The notes under the pieces: generated by a model | The model's database searches: none | The model's input: the letters and a program-made list of their open reading frames with translations, nothing else | Told to the model about the DNA's origin: nothing | Shown: in pieces, positions 56,615-64,000 of the stretch | How positions within the stretch are numbered: the stretch's first letter is position 1 | Layout: every line of letters starts with the position of its first letter | Origin: Gammaproteobacteria bacterium | GTDB taxonomy: Bacteria > Pseudomonadota > Gammaproteobacteria > JBCCGL01 | Length of the DNA stretch: 64,000 bases | Reading direction: 5' to 3' | NCBI GenBank assembly: GCA_965277715.1 | Contig: OZ255836.1 | Coordinates: forward strand, 4,202,767-4,266,766 | Position numbers and translations under genes: made by a program

Positions 56615-56921
56615 TTCAAATAGTGTTTATTTAACCATACTGGTGATGGCGTCAATCGTGTACGCCACGCGCCTCGGTGGGTATTTGATCGGATTACAGT
56701 TGCGGCATATTACCGGTATCAAACCTGTTCTTGAAGCTTTGCCCGGTTGTGCGTTTATGGCCATTCTTGCTCCTGCTGTGAGGCAGGGTAGTTGGGTAGA
56801 GGTACTGGCGATGGTTGCTGTCATTGGCATTATGTGGAAAACCAATAATGTCTTTATTGCTACTTTGGCCGGTCTGTTGGTTTTATTATTTTGCGATAGT
56901 TTGTTGGTGAATATTTTATGA
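56607..56921 (+). CDS. azlD: AzlD-family small membrane subunit
   Basis: 104 aa with start MIDSNSVYLTIL at an ATGATTGA overlap with the azlC stop. Three to four TM segments. Confidence 0.7.
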   Translation: MIDSNSVYLTILVMASIVYATRLGGYLIGLQLRHITGIKPVLEALPGCAFMAILAPAVRQGSWVEVLAMVAVIGIMWKTNNVFIATLAGLLVLLFCDSLLVNIL

Positions 56922-56952
56922 CCATTGATATTTTCCTGTTCTGGGAGAAGTT

Positions 56953-57351
56953 GTGCTCAACGGTGTAAATCACATTACACTTGCGGTAAGCGATTTGGAT
57001 AGGTCGTTTTATTTTTATGTCTCGGTTTTAGGTATGAAGCCGGAGGTAAGGTGGGATACGGGTGCTTATTTATCCGCTGGGGATTTATGGTTTTGCCTTT
57101 CTCTCGGTGAGGTTTCGCCTGCCCGGGATTACAGTCATATCTCTTTCGGCGTGCCTGAATCCTTATTTGATATTTATTGTTCTCAGTTGCTATCGGCTGA
57201 AGTAAAAATGTGGAAAGAAAATAGCAGTGAAGGTAAATCCCTTTATATTCTCGATCCAGATGGTCATCGATTGGAAATCCATGTTGGGAATCTTCAGAGT
57301 AGATTAGAAGAACTAAAAGTGAAACCTTACAAAGGTTTAAAGTGGTACTAA
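56953..57351 (+). CDS. fosA: FosA-type fosfomycin-resistance glutathione transferase (VOC superfamily)
   Basis: 132-aa ORF collinear with P. aeruginosa FosA from memory (NHITLAV, WDTGAYLS.GDLWFCLS, WKENSSEGKSLYILDPDGHRLEIHVGNLQSRL). Confidence 0.85.
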   Translation: MLNGVNHITLAVSDLDRSFYFYVSVLGMKPEVRWDTGAYLSAGDLWFCLSLGEVSPARDYSHISFGVPESLFDIYCSQLLSAEVKMWKENSSEGKSLYILDPDGHRLEIHVGNLQSRLEELKVKPYKGLKWY

Positions 57352-57616
57352 AAAAAGACTGGTATAGGTAAATGGGATGGTATTAAACGTTTTTTGGTTT
57401 GTGAGGATTTTTTCTATTTTTAATCAATAAAAGAACACACCCATACCCTCTTACCCACGTCCTGTGGGCCAAAAATGCGTTTGGGCTAAACGTTTAACAC
57501 TTTGTCTGTGGAAGGTAGGCTGGCGTTAATATGGATAGCATAAGGTTGCGCCTCTGCTGCATCGTCTGCTTACTTTGGTTACCTTATATATAAATCAATT
57601 CAAAGCCGGGGAAATG

Positions 57617-58879
57617 TTAGGCTGAAACCGGCGACCAGCGCGATTGTCCATTTTCCGCAATTAATGATTCGTTGATATTTTTACCCTGCAGTTCGATGTG
57701 GGCAAAGCCATTTAAAACCCGGATTGGGATGGTGGGGTCATTTGCCAGTTCGGTTTCATACCAGAGCACTTCGTTGGCGTTGGCCAGTTCGCTGGCATTA
57801 CCGTAGGGAACGGCGGCGTGGCCGATGCAGCGGTTGTAGATAGGTGTGCTGCCGTAGTGGTTGGGTTTGTAGATCACTGCGTTGTGGGCGTGGCCCCAAT
57901 ACCAGTAGACTTTTTCATAACGCGGTGTGCTGCCGTTGCTGCCGAGTAGTGGTTCCAGTACTTCGTTGTAGAGCGCAAGGGGTTTATTGCCTTGAAGGTC
58001 GTAACCCGTGTGGTGTGAGAGTAGGATCAGGCCCTGTTTGGCGGGCAGTTTTGCCAGCCAGTCCCGCTGGTCGCTTTCGATTTGGCCATCCATGTAGAGG
58101 TTCCATTTGTCTGAGTGGTAGGCGCTGTCCAGGCCTACGATTAACCAGTGATCATTTTCCAGCGAAAAGTAACTGCACCCTTGTTGCAAGGTAAAATGTT
58201 GGGCGAGTGCATCGAAATAGGCGAGGGCGCCATTGTACATCTCGTGGTTGGAGTTGAGTGTATAGCTGCCTAACCTACCCGCAGGCCAAATATCAATTAA
58301 GTTGTTTTTCTCTTGCTCTGCAGTGCCAGCGTAGTAGACATCACCCAGGTGCAGACTGATATCAGGCTTGAGTGAGGTGATGACGTTGGCTACATTTTCG
58401 GCGGGGCTGGTGGGTGTGGTGCGCCAGTATCCTGTGCCCCAGTCACCAGCAATGGCCAGCGATGTGCTATTGGGAATTGTGCGCGCAGTGGGCTCGGTGG
58501 AAAAGGATGCCTGGTGTTCAAGGTGCTCCAGCCAGCCTATCAGTGACTCTATCCAGCCAGGGTCGAGCAGTTCCCACTTGCCTGTACCTAAAATGCTGCC
58601 ATCTGACTGGACTTTAGGTGTGAGCAACTCGGTGGCACTCTGCGGTAATTGCCCGCGCTTGGTCAGTTGTGGTTCAACGATGGCCAGTGCGTGGGCGAAT
58701 TCGGCATTGTGCACGCTGCTCTGTGCACCGTTTAACGCATCCCAAGTGTTGTTGTGGATATCGCTCAGTAGTTTGAGCACCGCTTGTTTCTCTTCTTCCC
58801 TGGCGCTGTTGCGAAAGTTTTGGTACGCCTTTTGTAAACGTTGTTCTATTGACATGGTTTGCTCCCGGAGCGTTTTCAT
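57617..58879 (-). CDS. Metallophosphoesterase (calcineurin-like)
   Basis: 420-aa ORF with motifs IAGDWGTG, LGDVYYAG, NSNHEMY, LLSHH and WGHAHN. Confidence 0.8.
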   Translation of the reverse strand: MKTLREQTMSIEQRLQKAYQNFRNSAREEEKQAVLKLLSDIHNNTWDALNGAQSSVHNAEFAHALAIVEPQLTKRGQLPQSATELLTPKVQSDGSILGTGKWELLDPGWIESLIGWLEHLEHQASFSTEPTARTIPNSTSLAIAGDWGTGYWRTTPTSPAENVANVITSLKPDISLHLGDVYYAGTAEQEKNNLIDIWPAGRLGSYTLNSNHEMYNGALAYFDALAQHFTLQQGCSYFSLENDHWLIVGLDSAYHSDKWNLYMDGQIESDQRDWLAKLPAKQGLILLSHHTGYDLQGNKPLALYNEVLEPLLGSNGSTPRYEKVYWYWGHAHNAVIYKPNHYGSTPIYNRCIGHAAVPYGNASELANANEVLWYETELANDPTIPIRVLNGFAHIELQGKNINESLIAENGQSRWSPVSA

Positions 58880-58955
58880 AAACTCAGTCAGTTGCCATTT
58901 TTGTCACACACCGAGTGTGTGGCATACCCGTGATCGGTATTATTCATGTATACAT

Positions 58956-61900
58956 TTAGTGGGCATGCTGATTTAGATGGTCGACGATGTAGGGGTAGAC
59001 ATCGTCATCCGCCTGATCACCAAAGATGCAGTCGATATGGCCGTAGCCGGGAATCACCTGACGGCTGTATTGCTCGTGACCAAACCGCTGACAGAGCGCT
59101 TCATACGTCAGTTGGGTGCTCTTTGGCAGGTAGCATTCGTTTTCCGCCCCAGAGATGAAAAGGATGGGCAGGTTGAGCCGGTCCAGGTGGGGCATGTAGG
59201 TGTTTTCACCGGTGTGGCTCATCAGTTGTTCGGCGCGGCACATCAGTGCCAGGTGTTCGAAGGTCTCCATATTCGATTCGGCGAACAGTTCATCGATATT
59301 GTTGTGCAGGCGTTGGTTGAGTCGTGCGTGCCTGTACAGCGATGCGTACATAAAGGTGATGCGGTGGCAGCTCTCGTTGTTGCAGGTGCCCTGCGCTTCA
59401 GCCAGGGCGTACAGCGATAGTGCTTTGTCGTAGAGTTTGGTGAGTACCGATCCGCCACCTTCGGGAACGCGTGCGGTGAGCGATTCAACGCCGAGCTTGT
59501 CGAGAAAGCCTGGCAAGTGCAGCCCGGTTTTTACCTGGGTGGCCGTGGGGGTGATGATATTGCAAGCGATTTGTGAGCAGACGATGCTACGGATGCCCTG
59601 GAGCCCGGCCAGCATGGACATAAAGAATGTGGTGGCGCCGTAGCAGTGGACTACCGCCTGTAGGTCTGGTGCGCCAGTGGTGGTGAGGATTTTACTCACT
59701 GCGGCGGGAAAGTCGTATTTGGCTACCTGGTCACCGTTGCTTTGTTGGTGTGCTGCCGGCAGGAGGATGCTGACGCGAAAATCCAGCAGCCAGACATCGT
59801 ATTCGTGCGCTACCAGGTATTCCAACAGGTTGGTATCGATCAAGTCGGTGGAGAAGATGGAAGAGGCCACCCCGAGCCCGTGTACCAACATTACAGGGCC
59901 TTTGTCACCGCCGCAGTAGCGGGTTAAGCGCAACGCCACGCCGTCGTCGGTGGTAAAGCCGTGTACCTCGGGTGCGGGTGCGCGCAGGGGGCGCTTTTTG
60001 CGCGGCGGTTTTTGCTCTGGGTCTTTTGGGTTGTAGAAGATACTGCCGTAGCTCTCCCACAGTATGCCGGCAAAGAATTTACCAAAGCGCGCCAGAGCCT
60101 CCAGTTTTTGGGCTGTGCCGCTGGCGTTTGTCACCGTCATGGTTGTCATCTGTACGGCGAAGTCGGCTGGCTCAATGTGCATCACAGCCTTGCCCAGTAG
60201 TGGCGCCTGGTCATCGGTGCCACGGTAGATGCTGACGTAGAGCGTTGATGTGTCAGGCCAGATATCCAGTGCGTTGGGGTCGTTTTTAACCAGCTTATAA
60301 CCTTTGAAGTAATACGCCTGGCCCTCCTCGCTACTGAGCACCATGGAGTAGATCATATGGCGCGTATCCGGCGGTGACGGCATCTGTTCAAATAGGTTGA
60401 AGACTCCCTCGCTGGCTGTCAGCGGTTGCTTTGACAGCGCCTGGCAGTTGACGCTACCGCTGATTTTGGCCGGGTGGCTGGGGTCGTTCAGCATCGATTC
60501 GAGGTCGTGCGAGAAGATGGTCAAAGTAAAGTCTATCGAGAGGTCATCGGTCTCGCCCTGGGCCGCTGCGGTACGGTAGGTTGAGAGGGCCTCGCCGCTC
60601 TGGGCGTCAGTGGAGAGGTAACCTTTCATCGTTTCGGTGAAACGCACACCAAGCCTTTTATCTGCGTGGGGTCTTGTGGGGGCTGAGGGCAGGGTGTAAT
60701 CGATCTGCCAGTCGCGATCCTGGGTGAGTAAGGTGCAGCAGCGCTCGGTCAGTGCAGAGATGGTGAGCAGTGGGTTAACGGCCAGTGAGGTGGGAATCAC
60801 TGAACCATCACAGATGTAGAGATTGTCATAGACTGCATCGCCCTCGCCTGTGAATAACTGGTTTTTATGGTTGACCGTGCCCCGGCTGGCATCCGCGCCC
60901 ATACCACAGCCGCCTAACGGGTGTACGGTAATCAAGCTGTGCTTAAACAGTTTCGTCCAGATGGGGTTTTCGACGTAGATGCCGCCCAGCGCCGCAGTCG
61001 CCTTTTTCAAATTCTCATTGCCGAGGATAAAGTTGCGTTGTTCGCCGACGTTGGGCCAGTCGATGATCATGCGGTCCTCGTCGTTGAGTTCGGCCTTACC
61101 CTCGGCATTATCGTGGCTCATAATTAGATAGGTTTGGGTGTTGTCAACTGCGCCGTGGTAGGGGCCTCGAAGGAGGCTGGTCATCGCTCTGCCAGCGTCG
61201 TGCAGCTTATCGCTGAAGCTATTGGCCGTGTTTTGGCCGATGATGCCAGTGACCGCAGAGAAGGCGGTGGCGAGAAATGTGCCAATCGCGCCGGGGATCG
61301 ATCCCTCTTCGATCACCATACGCTGCTCCCGGTCTTCGCCCTCGCGCAGGTCGATAATGCTGGTGATGCACGGCCCTACGGGTGGTAGCTCGCCGGGTGC
61401 GTTGGTGCCGTAGCCGATACCGTGAATCGGTTGGTCACAGTTGTAGCCAAAACCGAGGATATCACCATTGCCACTAAAGCCCTTGCCGACGCGATCAGAG
61501 CAAGCCAGACCCTTGGCTTTACTGCGCAGCATGATCTCGTTGGAACCGATGGTGCCAGCGGAGAGCACAACAATATCGGCGTGCACGAACAGTGTTGGGG
61601 CGTCGAATTTCTCTCGACCCACATCCAGGTACTGATAGTGCACCAACCAGCCATTATCAGTTTTTTCCAAATAGCGTACCTGTGCCTGGCAATAGATTTC
61701 AGCGCCGTGGTTCCAGGCATCGGGTAGGTAGTTCATCAGCGTGGTGTTTTTAGCGGCGTAGTTGCAGCCGGAAACGCAGTCACCGCAGTTAGTGCACTTT
61801 TTCTGGGGCACGCCAACATGGTTCAAGCCACCCGGTGGATCTTCAAAGGTCACGTTGATTGGTGGCCGGTAGAAGTGCTCGCCCTTGCCCATGTATCGGG

Positions 61901-62408
61901 CTGATTGTTTATTGGCCTGGAGTTTTGCCAGCGTTGGGTAATCTTCGGGATAGGGGGTGGGTTTGAGCATCGCACGGGCGAGGGTATACCCGTCCTGCAG
62001 GAGTGTGTCGCGGTGCTGGCGAATTTCCTCGGGCCAGTTGGGGTCGTCGAAGACCTCGGGCTTTGCCTCCAGCGCGACATTGGCGTTGATCAATGAAGTG
62101 CCGCCAAGGCCACAGCCAACGACGGCGTTTTGCTGTGCATTGACATGGATATCGTATAAACCGGTGCGCGAGCCGATGTGCCCATCCGGGGTGTGGAACT
62201 GTAGGTCTTCAGCCGCTTCAGTCGGTGTGTCAGGGTAGTCGCCGGGTAGAATTTCGCGACCGCGCTCCAGCAGGCAGACTGAGCGACCGGCCCGCGCCAG
62301 CCGTGACGCGGTGATACCGCCGCCGTAGCCGGAGCCAATGACGACTACCTCATAGCTCGATTTAATGTCACCAATAGGGGATGAAATAGGTTTTATGGTG
62401 GGTTTCAT
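58956..62408 (-). CDS. Giant fusion: cholesterol-oxidase-like GMC oxidoreductase + middle region + alpha/beta-hydrolase domain
   Basis: 1150-aa ORF with the N-terminal FAD motif VVVIGSGYGGGITASRLA and GMC-type C-terminal catalytic region (...TVHPLGGC...). The C-terminal approximately 350 aa are alpha/beta-hydrolase-like (VMLVHGLGV..., elbow VVHCYGA). Confidence 0.8.
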   Translation of the reverse strand: MKPTIKPISSPIGDIKSSYEVVVIGSGYGGGITASRLARAGRSVCLLERGREILPGDYPDTPTEAAEDLQFHTPDGHIGSRTGLYDIHVNAQQNAVVGCGLGGTSLINANVALEAKPEVFDDPNWPEEIRQHRDTLLQDGYTLARAMLKPTPYPEDYPTLAKLQANKQSARYMGKGEHFYRPPINVTFEDPPGGLNHVGVPQKKCTNCGDCVSGCNYAAKNTTLMNYLPDAWNHGAEIYCQAQVRYLEKTDNGWLVHYQYLDVGREKFDAPTLFVHADIVVLSAGTIGSNEIMLRSKAKGLACSDRVGKGFSGNGDILGFGYNCDQPIHGIGYGTNAPGELPPVGPCITSIIDLREGEDREQRMVIEEGSIPGAIGTFLATAFSAVTGIIGQNTANSFSDKLHDAGRAMTSLLRGPYHGAVDNTQTYLIMSHDNAEGKAELNDEDRMIIDWPNVGEQRNFILGNENLKKATAALGGIYVENPIWTKLFKHSLITVHPLGGCGMGADASRGTVNHKNQLFTGEGDAVYDNLYICDGSVIPTSLAVNPLLTISALTERCCTLLTQDRDWQIDYTLPSAPTRPHADKRLGVRFTETMKGYLSTDAQSGEALSTYRTAAAQGETDDLSIDFTLTIFSHDLESMLNDPSHPAKISGSVNCQALSKQPLTASEGVFNLFEQMPSPPDTRHMIYSMVLSSEEGQAYYFKGYKLVKNDPNALDIWPDTSTLYVSIYRGTDDQAPLLGKAVMHIEPADFAVQMTTMTVTNASGTAQKLEALARFGKFFAGILWESYGSIFYNPKDPEQKPPRKKRPLRAPAPEVHGFTTDDGVALRLTRYCGGDKGPVMLVHGLGVASSIFSTDLIDTNLLEYLVAHEYDVWLLDFRVSILLPAAHQQSNGDQVAKYDFPAAVSKILTTTGAPDLQAVVHCYGATTFFMSMLAGLQGIRSIVCSQIACNIITPTATQVKTGLHLPGFLDKLGVESLTARVPEGGGSVLTKLYDKALSLYALAEAQGTCNNESCHRITFMYASLYRHARLNQRLHNNIDELFAESNMETFEHLALMCRAEQLMSHTGENTYMPHLDRLNLPILFISGAENECYLPKSTQLTYEALCQRFGHEQYSRQVIPGYGHIDCIFGDQADDDVYPYIVDHLNQHAH

Positions 62409-63059
62409 GGTGCATCCTCGTAGTTTTTATGTTGTTGGTCTCACCTGAGTTGATGGGTTCAGGTTTAATTATTAAGGGCGTCAATATCTATAGGTGAATG
62501 CCTTGTAGCCATTGATTTTTATGATTTTACTTGCCTGAACCACCATGCATTTACCCGTATGCAGGTCGACGCATGGTATCTGGTGTTTTATTAATTTTGA
62601 ATTTATGTATTACTGGTTTTAATAAATTGACTTCAATATCTTTGGGTTTCCTCGTGTGTTAAGTAATGTGGAATTAGAGATGTATTAGTGCAGTGCGCTA
62701 AGCTAGTTGCCAATAAAAACTTAATTTTCAATTACTTGCTTTTAATAAAAATAAATATAACCAGAAAATCTGGGGTGATTCCTATCGAATAACCAAGGTA
62801 ATGCGCTGGAAATTCACCCGGTTTAAAAATTAAGCCGATGTAAAAATTTTAAATAATGCTTTTATAACTAAAATATATGTAAAGTTTTTTAAATTCAATG
62901 AGTTACATTTTTATGCTTTTCGAGTTCAATAGCATTCCCCTGGTTTTTTCACGACGCTATCGTGTTAAATTTGTGGAGTTAAACAATGAGTATAGACAAG
63001 AATTAGTGTAATTAAAGAAATATGGGGAAAGTATAAGAAGAAAATTGCAGGTAGATACG

Positions 63060-63344
63060 CTATCCCCTCTTGTACCAGTATTCCATCCAGGCTGATGCCG
63101 TATTCCATTGGCCAATTTCTACATCAAAATCCCTTACTCCAAATGCGCCGGTTTTTAGCGCTGGTGTGAATAACGTAAAGTTCTCTTTGAATAGCACAAT
63201 ACGCTTCTTTACGCTCGCATCTGGAGCTGTTGAGGTATTTATACCAATGTAAGCGACAAAAACCCTGCTAATTTTGCCAAAAGAAGCACGCTGTAAAAAT
63301 ACACGGCAACTCAACCGGTAACGGTTGTTGATTGTCCCGCCCAA
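63060..63344 (-). CDS. Hypothetical ORF (possibly a gene fragment)
   Basis: 94-aa ORF overlapping the permease stop by 34 nt. No family recognised. It is followed by a long A/T-rich spacer. Confidence 0.25.
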   Translation of the reverse strand: MGGTINNRYRLSCRVFLQRASFGKISRVFVAYIGINTSTAPDASVKKRIVLFKENFTLFTPALKTGAFGVRDFDVEIGQWNTASAWMEYWYKRG

Positions 63345-64000
63345 TCATTAACCCGGCGACATAAACAACCAATCCCCGCACGTAACAGCACAGTAAAAAC
63401 ACATAACACAATCAGCGCCGCGAACATTAAATCGGTCTTGACCCTGCCATTGGCCAGTAGCATTAAATACCCCAGGCCTTTGGAGGCGCCGACCCATTCA
63501 CCGATAATGGCGCCAATAGGGGCGTATACCGCCGCCAGTCGGAGGCCGGATGTCAGTGCCGGTAAACCGGCGGGTACGCGCACTTGAAAGAGGATGCGCA
63601 GTGGTGTTGCGCGCATGGTGTGGGCCAGGTTGAGGTAGCCTTTTGGGGTGTTGCGCAGGCCATCGAAAAACGTTGAGGCGACGGGGAAGTAGATGATTAA
63701 AAGTGTCATCACGATTTTTGAAAGTAAACCGTAACCAAACCATAAGGTGAGCAGCGGTGCCAGGGCAAATACTGGCACGGTCTGGCTGAGTACCAGCATG
63801 GGCATCAAAAAGCGCTGGGCGAGTCTTGACATCATTAGGAATAGGGCGGTTGCAGCGCCCAATACGCTGCCTAACAATAAGCCAATCAAGACTTCTGTAA
63901 CGGTGATCAGGGCGTGCTCTGCCAGCAGTTGGTAGTTGTCAATCAGTGCGCGCAGCACAGGCACTGGCCCCGGCAGAATAAAAGTGGGAACGTTTGTTAT
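63311..64000 (-). CDS. ABC permease, nitrate/sulfonate/taurine (TauC/SsuC-like) family, 5' end outside window
   Basis: The frame is open to the window edge (...ITNVPTFILPGPVPVLRAL...). It is a polytopic protein with a BPD-transporter-type loop (...FDGLRNTPKGYLNLAHTMRA). Confidence 0.8.
   Translation of the reverse strand: MTNVPTFILPGPVPVLRALIDNYQLLAEHALITVTEVLIGLLLGSVLGAATALFLMMSRLAQRFLMPMLVLSQTVPVFALAPLLTLWFGYGLLSKIVMTLLIIYFPVASTFFDGLRNTPKGYLNLAHTMRATPLRILFQVRVPAGLPALTSGLRLAAVYAPIGAIIGEWVGASKGLGYLMLLANGRVKTDLMFAALIVLCVFTVLLRAGIGCLCRRVNDWAGQSTTVTG

Noticed and set aside
1-64000. tRNA, rRNA, tmRNA genes, integrase or full-length transposase genes
   Set aside because: I scanned for T-loop-like GGTTCGA(A/T)TCC contexts and for recombinase/transposase-like ORFs. 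None were found apart from the short transposase-like relic at 35482-35571. tRNAscan/Infernal would be needed for a definitive negative.

Overview
Chromosomal segment of a gammaproteobacterium; the species cannot be determined from this window. It starts at the end of the dcw cluster (ftsA 3' end, ftsZ, lpxC). It then runs through housekeeping genes (pyrD, holA, fpr, moaC/moaD/moaE, a DegQ-type protease) and many transport and catabolic operons: TRAP transporter plus amidase, RND efflux pair, GldAFG-like ABC system, LivJHMGF-like ABC system, AzlCD, and a TauC-like permease at the right edge. No rRNA, tRNA or CRISPR array was recognised. Six things stand out. (1) A roughly 5-kb repeat-rich islet (30.5-35.7 kb) holds gene relics, a PIN/DUF3368 gene split by a 790-bp nested non-autonomous element with a TAA target duplication, an orphan atypical metallophosphoesterase, and an AbiEi/AbiEii abortive-infection module with a palindromic operator. 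(2) One 862-codon ORF fuses a YcaD-like MFS transporter to three tandem RidA/YjgF domains. (3) A 1150-aa protein fuses a cholesterol-oxidase-like GMC oxidoreductase to an alpha/beta-hydrolase domain with a Cys at the nucleophile elbow, next to a metallophosphoesterase. (4) An orphan CbbQ/NorQ-NorD (AAA+/VWA) pair sits behind an A/T-richer lipoprotein/beta-barrel pair. (5) A DUF2157-DUF4401-GDYXXLXY membrane operon is followed by a 5'-truncated nucleotidyltransferase-HEPN gene. (6) Several dispersed repeat families are present, including a 138-bp IS5-like MITE found twice, once between livG and livF. All family assignments come from motif and sequence recognition by eye; no searches were run.
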